Assembly (NCBI GenBank): GCA_004431415.1
Contig: QPMI01000477.1
Span: 186,001 to 250,000, forward strand
DNA length: 64,000 bases
Direction: 5' to 3'
Source of the DNA: Cyanophora paradoxa CCMP329
Lineage: Eukaryota > Plantae > Glaucophyta
Shown: positions 13,510-25,000 of the stretch, piece after piece
Layout of the letters: the number at the start of each line of letters is the position of its first letter
Numbering within the stretch: the first letter of the stretch is position 1
Program-made: the position numbers and the translations under genes
The notes under the pieces: generated by a model
Seen by the model: the letters and a program-made list of their open reading frames with translations, nothing else
Databases searched by the model: none
What the model was told of the DNA's origin: nothing

Positions 13510-13529
13510 GCCAGTAGTATATCATAGTA

Positions 13530-14010
13530 TATGTGATTCGCGAACTTCGCGATCGGCGTCGAATCTGCGATCATGATCGCGATCGGATCATCGGCGATTC
13601 ATCGCGATCGGCCGCGGCCCGCGGCCCGCGGGAAGTCGGCATTGAATCGCGATCAATCGCACGAGCATGAATGGGAAATCGCACGATCTGCCATTGGTCA
13701 GCAATCACGAGGACGAATATTCTCTCAGATCGCCATTGGTCAGCGATCACGAGGGCGACGATTCGAAAGATTCGCCGAGTCGCTCGGGCCGATTCTGGGC
13801 GACTCGATCGTGCGGGATCCCGATTCCCGAGTCCCGACTTCCGGGTCCCGACTCCCGAGTCCCGACTCCCGAGTCCCGACTCCCGACTCCCGAGTCCCGA
13901 CCGCCGGATCCCACGGACTCCCACCGTGCATGTGGCACGGTGGCACCGCCCGGCCGCCGGCGATCGGCCCCCAGACTCCTCCCGGCCCGAGTCCCGGGTC
14001 CCAGGACTCC
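13530..14010. repeat. GATC-rich block plus (GACTCCC/GAGTCCC)n heptamer minisatellite, copy 1
   Basis: Heptamer array ~13820-13900. ~45-bp direct repeat gccattggtcagc.atcacgagg. Shares the 20-mer GATCATCGGCGATTCATCGC with 44203-44222. Confidence 0.75.
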
Positions 14011-14494
14011 CACTGTGGCACCGCCGCCGGCGATCGGCAATTGCAACTTGGCAAGTCCCCGCACTGCGCAGCCCGCGGCCGGGCGCGCGCACTGCGCATG
14101 CCATGATGCGCGGCACGCACTGCGGCACGGCGCACTACCGGTAGCGATAATTAGTAGTAACTTACTAGTAAGCTGCCGGTAGCCGCGGCCGGGCTTTCAA
14201 ATTATAAGCCTTGAAGCTTCCCGCCGGGCCCCGGGCCGCATGATGCCCGCATCATGATCAGGCTTCCCGCTCGAGAATCCGAACGCCTCGAGCTCAGGCC
14301 TGATCATGACAGGCCCTGAGGGTCAGCACACACGCGCGCGTGGGCCGCGGCCGGCGCGGCAACCTTCAACTTCGCAAAGCTTCATGCATATGGGAACGAG
14401 CTCGCATGAAGCAGTCAAGCGCTGGCAGTGCAGCAGCGCCGGGCCGGGGAATGCATGTAAACGTGTACACACATGCATATGTACAGTCGATACC

Positions 14495-17400
14495 ATGGCC
14501 AGCTCGAGCTCGCGATCGCAGCGGGCTCTTATGTTAGCTCTTCTGATATACGTATACGTATATGTCATCGCGTGCACCTGTGGAACACCGGCTCGAGCCC
14601 AATTGCAAGGTGCACGTGCATGCGCACGTGCCCATGGTCATGCTCAGCGCTAGCGCGCTTCATATCATGAACAATATCTCGCGACACGTATACGATGATA
14701 GACATGGCTATCATATGCATGTGTGTATATATATATCATTTGCATTGAGCCCAACGTTTAACCGCGCGCCCGGTACGTATACACGTACGGGTGCCCTTGG
14801 CCATGGCCCGGTCTTAAGCTTGGCATGGCCACGGCCTCCGGCCGATCCTAGCCTAGTAGCTTTCACGGCCCGTAGCTAGCTATATAGGTCTATAGCTCTC
14901 TTTCTAGGCCTGCGCTTTCCCCCTGCCAGCTGGCCCCGCGGCCACGGCCGCATGTATGCGCATGGATCTAGATCTCCTCTCGTCGACGTCAGGCCTATAG
15001 CTAGGGCCTGCCCCGCGGCGATCCCCCTATAGCTAGGCCTGCCCCTGCGTCCATGCACGTGCACACACTGACTGCTCCGCACGTTAATGCTGAAGCCGAC
15101 GAACCTTGGATTGAGTGGGAGACTCCCTCGCTGGACGACGTCCTCTACAACGGGGCACCAAATCGCTTGTCATATTTCTCGTCATCCTGCCCTTGGCGCA
15201 GCTATGAATCCAGTTGCATTCGCTGCTGTCCGTGCTCTCTTCAATATAGCTACACGGAGCCTTGGACATTTGATCTCTTGAGCGCCAACTCCAACATAAC
15301 GCTGGCAGAATTCAGCATTCCCTCTCGCATACTTCAGTCCGATCTCGATCAAGAGATTAGGTACGTTCGCCTATCTTTGATAACTATAGGGCCGGGCGAT
15401 AGGGCGAATTCCCTGATTAAACTTTAAGCAGAGTTTTGACCTGCTCAGCGCGATCTTGGGTTCTACCTGCAGCTGACGGCTCCTGGCGATATGGCCACCA
15501 TGTCACAATGCTTTGGACACCAAGGGTCAGCTTCCTGGGAATTCCATCGTCGACGTCGGGACAGAGATTCAAAGTCAGGCCAAGCTTCCGATTCTCTAAC
15601 AATTCCAGAAACGTTTCGCCGGCTTACTTCTTGTTTGATGGTACGTCCATCAATACTGCAATATATATATATATAATTGACATTCGTCCTTTTGAACATA
15701 TCCGCCCGTCTTATCCGCTACAGTTTCTATCAACTTCGCTGACATTGCTTTCAAGAAGTACCCTGATCTCTACGGAAGAGCAACACCCAGTGCTTGCACC
15801 TCCCAAAACTTCACATCCGTGTCAGTCGTGCCGCCGGCCGGTAGTTATTGCAGCAGGTCTACATCTCATTGGTGGTACACGTTCGACCCATTCAGCGAAT
15901 ACGGAGGCACCGGCTACACTTACTGCAATTACCTCGCTTTTGCATGGGCTGACCGCCAGCAAATGCGAAAGACAGTCCGAATTAGCCTTATCAGAAACTT
16001 TCCCGAAATCGACTATGAGTTCATTCTTGTAGAGAATGAGGTGGATCCTGGAACAACTTTGATTCGATTCAGTGAGCTCGTGCTCCAAGCTGCCCTTGAC
16101 ACGCACCCCGGCGAGTTCAGGTGCACCAGACTTGCTTTATGTTTTATTTATTGGTCATGGATATGATTAGGTTAAAAGTCGCTGCAAACTATGATCCTTC
16201 CGACTACGCCGTCAGCTGCCCATTCTTCATTGAAAAGGCGTCCGACCGTGCGCACGCGCAAATTATATGCTTTTCGAGCTCGAGTTCATTCAAAGGTTTC
16301 ATACATTGAAGCCTCGTTCACCAGCTTGGATCGAAATACTGAACGCAACCGCCTTGGAAGAATCCGTACTGACGATCGGTGACGATTTTTCATTCGCGTG
16401 GAACAGCTCACAAGCAGGCGCAAGATTCGTTGTTGAGGTCTGGGACGAGCACCAGAACAGCAAGCTGTGGGAAACAACTGCGGGTACAATTGGTCAGACC
16501 ACAGTTGGACGGTCCAGTTGGCCGACCTTCGAGGCGGGGTCTGACCGAGATGGCCGAGTTTGGGCCGATCAACCGAACACGAACTACTGGTCAGACGGCC
16601 AACTCGAAATGACATCGATCATGTTCGCCCAGCTTTCTTATATAATTATCCAGAATCCAGCTTGCATATATATGACCCATCAACTGCGAACAGTCCCCTA
16701 AAGGCGGGCTCGGGAGCCAACCGAGTATGCGTGCTATTTAATACGCTTCCCGAGAATAGTTACAAGAACATGCGGAATTTCAACGCGTGTGTCATTATTG
16801 GAGCCAAAATATGTCAGCAACAATTGCAACTTTTTAAACAATTCACTGTGTGCAACGGTTTCACTTATTGTGTGTCTCTCCAGCGAGTCCGTGCCCGGAT
16901 CTTCGAAACATGACCGTGCACCCCGCATCTGCTTTCACATGGAGGAGATACCGGTCCTGGCGCTGCACGTGGTCGGCCAAAGCGCATTTCCGCTCTTTCT
17001 TGCGACTTTGGATTTGAGCTGCGCATGTCCAGGATACTTCGAGCTTCTGGGCCGGGCAGTCTCCACATCCGACCGAACTTAGCGCTCGAATGGCCTGGGA
17101 CGGCGGCCGGCTGGGGACGAAATCCATACGCATACATGAAGCCGCGGGTCATGTGGATGTTGAATTCGAGCGCAAATGCTTCTTCATCTAAAGAAGTGAA
17201 ACCCACTTACTGGACACCATTTGTCGTTTCGCCGCCGTACAGTTACAGCCAGGTCTTATCAGAAGACAATATCGGTGAGACGTGGTTCACCACTTGATAT
17301 TTTACAATTACCGATCTCTAATTTCCGCTGAACCCAGAAATCTGCATCTTCAGAAGTAACTGCTCCATGTACAATCGACCATTCGAAGAGCTGAATTCGC

Positions 17401-20308
17401 ATGCAAACTGCGCGTGCACACCCGAACTTACGGCGAATAGAAATTGCGCTCCGCGATCAGGGTATAATTCCGGGTCTATCTATAATAATTGGCAGTGCTC
17501 ATGCCCGGTGTCGTCTGCCATCGCTCGATCTTGCACATACGATGATCCCGTCCCCGCTGTGGCACCCAACAGCCTCTCGTATGTCTTCAAACTCGAGGCA
17601 CGACCTCTCACGCATTATGACACGGCGACCTTTTCCGTGGTTCTGGGTGCGTAATATTTTAACAATCCGCGCCGTGTATATATGTCCCTTCTTAAGAGAG
17701 CGGCGCGCGTTTGAGCTCAGCACCCGACTTCCTTGCGCTGGACGGCATCGACTTTTTCACTCTGTCCCGCACTTCGTTCTTCGCCCCGGCTACGACGGTC
17801 TGCAGAATGGCGTGGACTTCCCTGCCCACGGGCTGGTCCTTCGCCGAAAAGTGGGCAGCTTTCGTGATTTATATCGATTTCACGAGGAAAACCGACCGCT
17901 TCTCAGCAACGTCACGACCCGGGCTGCGATTGCCAAGCACCCCTGGGGCACGGGATTCCTCGTCCTAGCCGATGGATCTGCCATTGCCGCAGGGCGAGTT
18001 TGGATTTGCATTCTAATTCTGTCCATTCGCATAATATGTCGGAGCGCAGAACCGAGTCACGACGCCAGACGCCGACCATCGATATCTATCCGCCTAACTA
18101 CCTGGAGATTCGTAATACACTGCAGGGTCCCCAGTACCGTCCACGTGGCTGCCCAATGGACGTCCTTCTCTCCCGTCCCTCTCGTGCGCATAATTTCGCT
18201 ATATATATACACACATTCAGGATATCTTCAAACTTGCGCCCAGAGCCGTTTTTGCAGCAGATTAGCGATGCGGAATTCGCCGCACACACGCGAATCCAGT
18301 CATTTCTCGGCTCAACGTCGACTCCTACACCCCCGCCGCCAGCTAGCTCTGTTACTGCTTTGCCTACTGTTACGCCCTCCGTCCCGAGCCCCTCAGCCCC
18401 TCCCGCATCGCACATTGTTATCCCTAGCCCGTCTCTGACTCCATCGCCTGTACCCGTCACCCGCGACCGACCTTCCCCTGCCCCTTCCGCGCCCCCTGCA
18501 GCTGGGCCCGCGGACGAGAATCTCTCGATCGAGACGCCTCTTCCGCTTCCGCCCATCCTGCCCCTGGATTTTGCACCGAGCCTGGACCTCGCGCCCGGTC
18601 CGAACGCGTCTCTCCTCGTGTCGTACCTGGCAGGCGCCCTGAGCACCACCGCCTGGGCTGCTCTCCCGCTGCCCCGCGTCGCGCATCTCGCTCTCGAGGC
18701 GGTCGCGAGCCTTGCGGAACAGACCCAAATCACTGGCGGGCCCTGCTCCATAGTATGGCCCCAATTGCGAGATTCTTTATTCGAACATATTCGAATTCCT
18801 GTTTTTGCGCTGCAGGAGGCTGATTTAGCAGACCCAGCCATTGGGGTTTCTGCCTCGTTTGGACTTCCGTTTCTTCTTGCCAGCGGCTGCGCGCTGCTGG
18901 ATGAGGATTCGGGGTCCGGTGAGCTTCGTCGACGATTCCCAAAATTCGCGTGATTAACTCCCCCCCTCCCCCCCCCCCCCCCCCGCCCCCCTTCCAGCGG
19001 TGTTGCGTGCGCATGTCCGCGCCCGTCTTCTCGCGGGCGGCTCCGAGGTGACCGCGGCCCGCCTGGACGTGCCCCTTCTGCTCCGCGCCGAGCTGCTCCC
19101 GGGCTCCGCCTCTTGGATCCCCTCCCCGAGCTCTAGTGCCGGAACGGCCTCGACGACACGAAACGTCACTGTTTCTGCAAAGGTTTGATTAGAGTGCCTC
19201 GAAATCGAGCTCGCCTTTGCTCACACTAGGTTGCAGGTGCAGCTGTCGGCTCCGTCGGCAGCCGTCGCCGGCGCTTTCATTCTCATCACGGTCGAAGCCA
19301 CGATTCCCGAAGAGCTCCGCTTCCCCGAGGTGGCTTTTGATCGCTTCGATGTGACATCGAATCGCAGAGGCTTGTTTCGCAGATGAGCGCCGATTTTGCG
19401 GGCGGGATCGTCGCCCCAGCCAACTCGGTGCGGTATTCCAGCGTGCCATCGATCGCCGTTCCTCGCGAGGCGGCGACCGTCACTTTAAGAGAGTCCTTCA
19501 AATGCGCTGTCGTCCTCACCTTAAACAGGTTCTCATTTTTCAATTCTAACAGAGACTTGGAAGCCAGCGTCTATGGCTAACAATTACAACGCGTAGGAGC
19601 GCGCTGTACGCCGTTGAGTACACCCTCACGCTCCGCATTGGTCTCCGGAGGGCTCCTATGGCCAGCCGCTCCCGCGGCCGGGCTCGAGCTCGGGCTGTTC
19701 TCGTCGCCACAGAGCCGAGTGCCATAGAGCTGGTTGTATCTACCTCATTCGATTTTGGTGCGAGATCTAGATTTGATTTGCTTTCATTTAATTTTCTCAA
19801 GTGGTCCTCGAGTTAAACGATAACTGACCATTGTCTGCGGCGCCGGCTGCATGCAGGTGCCTGGTCAAGGGCCCTGGAGCGCGAGGGCGCTTCCACTGGC
19901 GAGGGGCAGGCCTCCGAACCTGCTGGCCATGGAGGCGGCCCGGTGCCGGCAGCGCTGGGTGAATTCGGAGGCGAAGGGTCCCGCGCGGGACCCGAAAACG
20001 TTGCTGGCCATGGGCTCAATCTCGGCACTATCGTTGGCGTGGCCGTTGCTGCAGGTGCCTTCATTAAAATCGCATCCAATATCAACAACGTTAACGCCCC
20101 TGCCACTGCAGTGGGGGCAACGGTACTTGTGCTCGGGTTCGCCTTGATGGCCTTTCGCCGTCGACGTCGAGCCCGGAAGAGGACAGCTTTGTCCAGGCAG
20201 CTGGCCTACGTTACAAACTCTGAAGTTACACCGGGCGATGCAGAGGCAGAAGGCGATCTTGCTAACTCTGACCGTCGCGCGTTCCCCCCGTTGGATAATA
20301 TATTGTGA
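14495..20308 (+). CDS. Uncharacterised multi-exon predicted cell-surface (type I-like) membrane protein, lower GC
   Basis: Putative signal peptide MASSSSRSQRALMLALLIYVYVYVIACTCGTPARA followed by donor GTGCAC. Chain of coding-looking exons (15053, 15819, 16267, 17025, 17367 Cys-rich, 18000). Pro/Ser/Thr stalk (STSTPTPPPPASSVTALPTVTPSVPSPS). C-terminal hydrophobic segment followed by RRRRRARKR and stop at 20308. The 5' end is uncertain. Confidence 0.6.
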
Positions 20309-20770
20309 TCGCTGGCCATGGACATTCATTCCCCTGCGTTAGCGTTGATCATGAATTCGATCATGACGTGGCTAACGATTTTCTTACCGTCGGACGTGCT
20401 AGTACTTCCTGCAGCGTACGTATACGTATACTCGAATATGTCACGTTAAGGCAGTAAGATTGCTTAGAACTGTGCATGTATATTGTTAACGAAATGTCAT
20501 TCCGGTTTCGAATTCCTCGCGTACTACCTCAAAAATCCCAGTACTGCTAGCGCTAGTACTGCAACAGATCCTACCGCTAACGAGGGGACGACGCGCAACG
20601 ACGGCCCACCCGCTCTTGGATGTCGGGGTGCTGCGCATGCGCGCTGGGCTGGCAGGCAGGGGCCGAGGAGGCCAGGGACTTGGAAGGAGGCTGCGCGGTG
20701 GGGCCCCGCAAGCGCCCTCGAGCTCGTCAAAAGCCACTACGGCGCCCGCAGCGACGCCCAGCTCCACGCC

Positions 20771-21561
20771 CGCGACGGGCCGCGCGTCGGCCCCGCCCGT
20801 CAGCAGCGAGAGCCGCTCGACCACCGCCCCGATCGCCACGGAGCGCTGCGCACGCACCCCGGTCGAGCCCGGCGGGGGAGTGGGTGGGGGGGTACGGGGT
20901 TCGCGCGCCTCGGGGTTGACGAAGCGGTCCTCGTAGCGGACGTGTACCCGCTGGACGCTCACGCGGACGGAGCCGACGGCGAAGGCGACGAGGGACGAGA
21001 GGAGCGGGCCCGCCTCCGCCGCCCCGTCCCCGCCGTCCGCTGCCCGGCCGCTCGACTGCGCGGGCGGGGCGCGGGGCGCGGGGGGTACCGGGCGCGAGGA
21101 AGGAGCGGCGGAGGATCTCGTCGGCGAGGAGCCGCGCCTGCTTCAGGACGTCCAGCTCCACGTCCCCGGGCTGCGCGCGGATCAAATCCGGGGCGGGGAT
21201 CGAATCCGAAGCCGGCCGCCCGCGCCTCCTTCTCGTTCGGGGCGAGGAGGAGGTACACGTCGCGGGCCTCGAGCTCCACGCGCGCCCGCGCGAACTTCAC
21301 GCGCAGCTTCAGCGACCCGAGGCGCCCTGCGGCGGCCGCGCGCGGCTCAGGGCGGCTCGACGCTCGCCGGGGGCGGCGCGGACCGTCGAGGAGGACGACG
21401 GGGAGCTGCTTCATGGCGGGGAGCTCGTTGAGCTTCTCGGGGTCGACCCCGACGTCCTCCACGGCGACCTCCCCGCTCAGCACGCTGACCTGCACCCCGC
21501 GCCCGTTGAAGCGCAGGTACGGCGCCACGCCGCCAAGCAGCTTCGTGATGCTCCCGCCCAT
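20771..21561 (-). pseudogene. Truncated 5' fragment of the VPS13 gene (Chorein-N only)
   Basis: ATG at 21561, with the same N-terminus as the gene at 9506. Homology ends after ...LSLLTGGADARPVA and continues into unrelated sequence (GVELGVAAGAVV...). Confidence 0.85.
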
Positions 21562-22050
21562 GGCCTCGCCCCGCACGCGTTCTCCGGCTCCGCCTCCGAG
21601 CGCTTGGACGAGGCTAGAGCTCGCTTGAACCGACCATGCCGCTCGTGCGCCGGAGGCCGGAAACGTTAGCTACTCCGCTCTGCATGTACATCCATCGCGC
21701 TGCCGCGTGCGGCAGGGACGTGCCGCGAAGCGAGCACGGCGAGCCGCTCGTTCGAACTCCGGACACCGCACGCGGTGCAAACGAATGCACCTCTCGCAGG
21801 TCTCGGCTTCGCGTTCTTTCTCGCACAGCTGCCGCCCCTAGCTCAGCCTAGCTGTCGTTTTGAAGGCTCGAGCTCCTGAAGGTCGCTGTACCCGGGACGG
21901 CAGGTCAAACCTCGAGCTCGGCAGAGCCAGCAGCTTCGGCGAGACGCGAAAGCGATGCGAGAGCGATTTAGAGCGGCGTTTGCCGCGCCTCGGCCGATGC
22001 GATAGCGCTCACGTTCAAAGTGGGCCGGCTTTCGAGCGGAGGTCTTAGCC
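21562..22050. promoter_or_regulatory. Bidirectional promoter region, copy 2
   Basis: Duplicate of 9507-9977 between divergent ATGs. Confidence 0.55.
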
Positions 22051-25000
22051 ATGCGGCGAGCTGCACGAGGGGCCCTGTGGGGCCTCTTGCTCGCCGCGTG
22101 CTGGGCGTGCGGCGCGGCGCAGCTGGTGGACTCGACGCGGCCCTTGAACGTGCCAACGAATACGGGTGCGGCGGCAGCCTGGGATCCGGGCCGCTGTTTC
22201 GAGCGATCGATGCTTACGCCGCGGCGACGTGCAGAGCGGAGTATCGCCGCGCTCGCCAGCGACGTGGTGTTCGGAGTCTTCTTCCTGCTCCTCTTCCTCG
22301 TCCTGCGGATGCGGTACATACGCGTCTTCGAGCCGCGCGGTGCGTGCGCCGATAGCGCATTGGATCTCCCGCTCGGCGGCGGAGCCCTCGGCTGGGCCGA
22401 CTTTGCTCACGGGCCGCCTCGTGCGGGGCAGACTTCCACGGGGCGGGGGGCGTGGCGACGTCGCGCCGGCTCTTCTCCGTCGTGAAGATCCTCTACGCGA
22501 GCGACGAGGCCTTCTTCCGCAGCGCCGGCCCCGACGTGTCAGCGCCCCCCGCCCGCGCGCCCCGGCCCGCCCGCCCGCCGGCGGCCGACGACGGCCGCGC
22601 AGCTTCATGCACTCGGTCTTCCTGCGCTCGGCGACGGCGGCGTGCCTGGCCATGGGCCTGCTGGGCGCGCTCCTCCTCTTCCCCGTGAACGCGACGGACG
22701 ACTACCCCGTCGACCAGCGGGACCCCCCCGTCGGCGAGGGTCCGCCCCGCCCGCCCGCCTTCCCGCCCCCGCCGCCCCCGCAGCGCTCCGCGCGGTTCTG
22801 ACCCCGAGCCCGGCAGCGGGGACCATCCTGGAGTACGTTTCGATCTGGCGCGTGTGGGACGGCTCCCCGCGCTTCACCGCCCACGTGCTCTCCATCTTCA
22901 TCAACGCCGGTACCCCTCCCCCGCCACCGCTCTCCCGCGGCCTTCCTCCGATCTCTTTCGGCGCAGCCATCGTATGCTACGTCCTCCACAAGGACTACGG
23001 CACGGTACTCGTTTCCCCGCGAGAGCACCGTTCCCCTCCGTACCCCCGCCGACTTCTCCCCCCCCCTCCCCCGCGCCGCATCCCAGTACGTTTGGACGAG
23101 GCTGCGCGTCTGCACGGAGCCACGGCCCCAGAATTACGCTGGTACCCCCTCCGCTCTCTCCGCGTTGCGTGTACCCCTGATCCGCACCCGGCAGTGCTGC
23201 TCACCGGGGTACCGAGCGAGAGGACGGACTCCGAGCTCCGCGACGGCCTCAACGCGCTCCTGCAGGGCGCGCCTGCACCCCTCCCGCGCCTCGTACCCCC
23301 GCCCCAACTCTGCCCAGGCTCGTGCACGGGGGTGGAGCGGGTATACAAGGACCCCCGCGCGGCCCCCGCCGCCGTCCGCGGCCCCCTCTCCCCCCACGGC
23401 CAGCAGCCGCCCTCTCCGCCCGGCGCCGACCCCGCCGGCGGCGCCCCCGACACGCCCGAGGCGGTGCGCCGGCCGCGCTCGGGCGCCCCGCCGCGCGGCC
23501 GACGCGCGCGCCGCGCTCCCTCGCGCAGGCGGGGGACCCACTCGCGCCCCGGGCCGCCGCGCCGGCCCCCGGCTCCTCCGCCGACGGCCTCCGCAAGCGC
23601 CGGCCCCGCTTCACCAAGGCCCGCCGCGCCGTACCCCCCTCGGCTCCTCCCCGCCTCCTCGCCGACGCCCGGGGCGCAGCTGGAGAGCCTGGCGATCCAG
23701 GGCGCGCCGCGGGGGAAGGGCGCCCCGGGGCCCGGTCCCCGCTCCCTCTCCTCCCTCCGCTCCTCCTTCAGGGCGAGCGCACCCCCCCCCCCCCCCCCCC
23801 CCCCCCCGCCCCTCCCCTCCCCGACGGTCTGGTACTCCGGGCAGGGGTCGTTCGGGTCGTCGCGGGTCTCGTCGGGCCCGAAGGCCTCCGCCGCCGACCT
23901 CGCCCTCGCCGGTGGCCCCCGCCCCCAGCCCCGTCTCCGCCGCCTGCCGACCGCCCGCCCCGCCGCAGCCGCCGAGGCCGCCGTCCACGTCCCCGACAAC
24001 GGTCCGCCCCGCCCCGCCCGCCCCGCCCGCCGCCTTTCGTCTCTCACGCATCGCCGGCCGCTCGGCGCAGTGACGGACGTGGCGTTCGCGCTGGCGCCCT
24101 CGTTCCTCGCCGCCCGCCGCCTCCTCGCCCTCCTCGAGCCCGCCACCGCGCGCCCCTGCCCCTCCCCTCTCCTTCCCCTCTCCGCCCCGCTCGCCTCCTC
24201 ACGGGGGCGCAGGTCGAGCTGCCGGGCCTCGCCGGCGCCCGCCTCGCCGCCTTCCGCGCCCCGGGTGCCCCCCGCCCCCGGCCCCTCCTCGAAGACAATC
24301 TCGCCTGAGACCGGCCGGCGGGCGGGGCAGACCCGCGGGACTTGATGTGGGGCGAGCTGGCGCGGGGCCGCGGCCACCGCCTCGCCAACGCCGCCCGCAC
24401 CCTCCTCCTCGTCCGCCCCGCGCCCCCCGCGCCTCTCTCTCGCCCTCGTCCACCCCTCCCCTCCCCCGCGCAGGCGGCGGCGGTGCTGGCGCTGGCCCTC
24501 GCGTGGGCCGTTCCCGTCGTCACCCTCCAGGACCTCGCCTACTCCCCCTTCGTCCGCCCCCGTACCCCTCTTCCGTCCCCCCCCGGGTTGCGGCCCACCG
24601 TACCCCCCAGGAGCCGGAGCTCGAGCGGCCCCTACACCAGGCCCCCTTCCCCGTCGCTGGTACGCCACTCCATTCCCCAGCTACCCGTACCCGTCCCCGT
24701 GCCCAACCCGTACCCCCCCTGCAGCCTGGGTGGAGGGCTTCGTCGCCGTCACGATCGTCGCGCTCCTCGGCCAGGCGCGCCGCCCCGTACCCCCCTCCGG
24801 CCCGGCCCGGCCCGGCCCGACGTGTACCCCGTCCCTCCGGGCAGGCGCTGTCGCCGCTGGTGCAGGCGCTGGCGGCGGCGTCGCGGCTGTGGAGCGCCAC
24901 GGGGCGCCAGCTCTTCCTCCTCTCCCGCCTCTTCTTCTGCCGCGTCCGCCCGCCCCGCCCCGCCCCGCCCGGCCCCTTCTCGACGCCGGGCGTGAGCGCG

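Larger units (their letters stand above)
20771..23923. repeat. Segmental duplication copy B (~3.15 kb)
   Basis: Direct repeat of 8717-11843 with scattered substitutions and indels, mostly in the promoter and introns. Confidence 0.95.

Noticed and set aside
11982-14856. Complete Helitron from TC at 11982 to hairpin+CTAG at 14856
   Set aside because: The hairpin has only a 5-bp stem in a palindrome-saturated region, the 5' flank is not A, and the span would overlap the predicted first exon at 14495.
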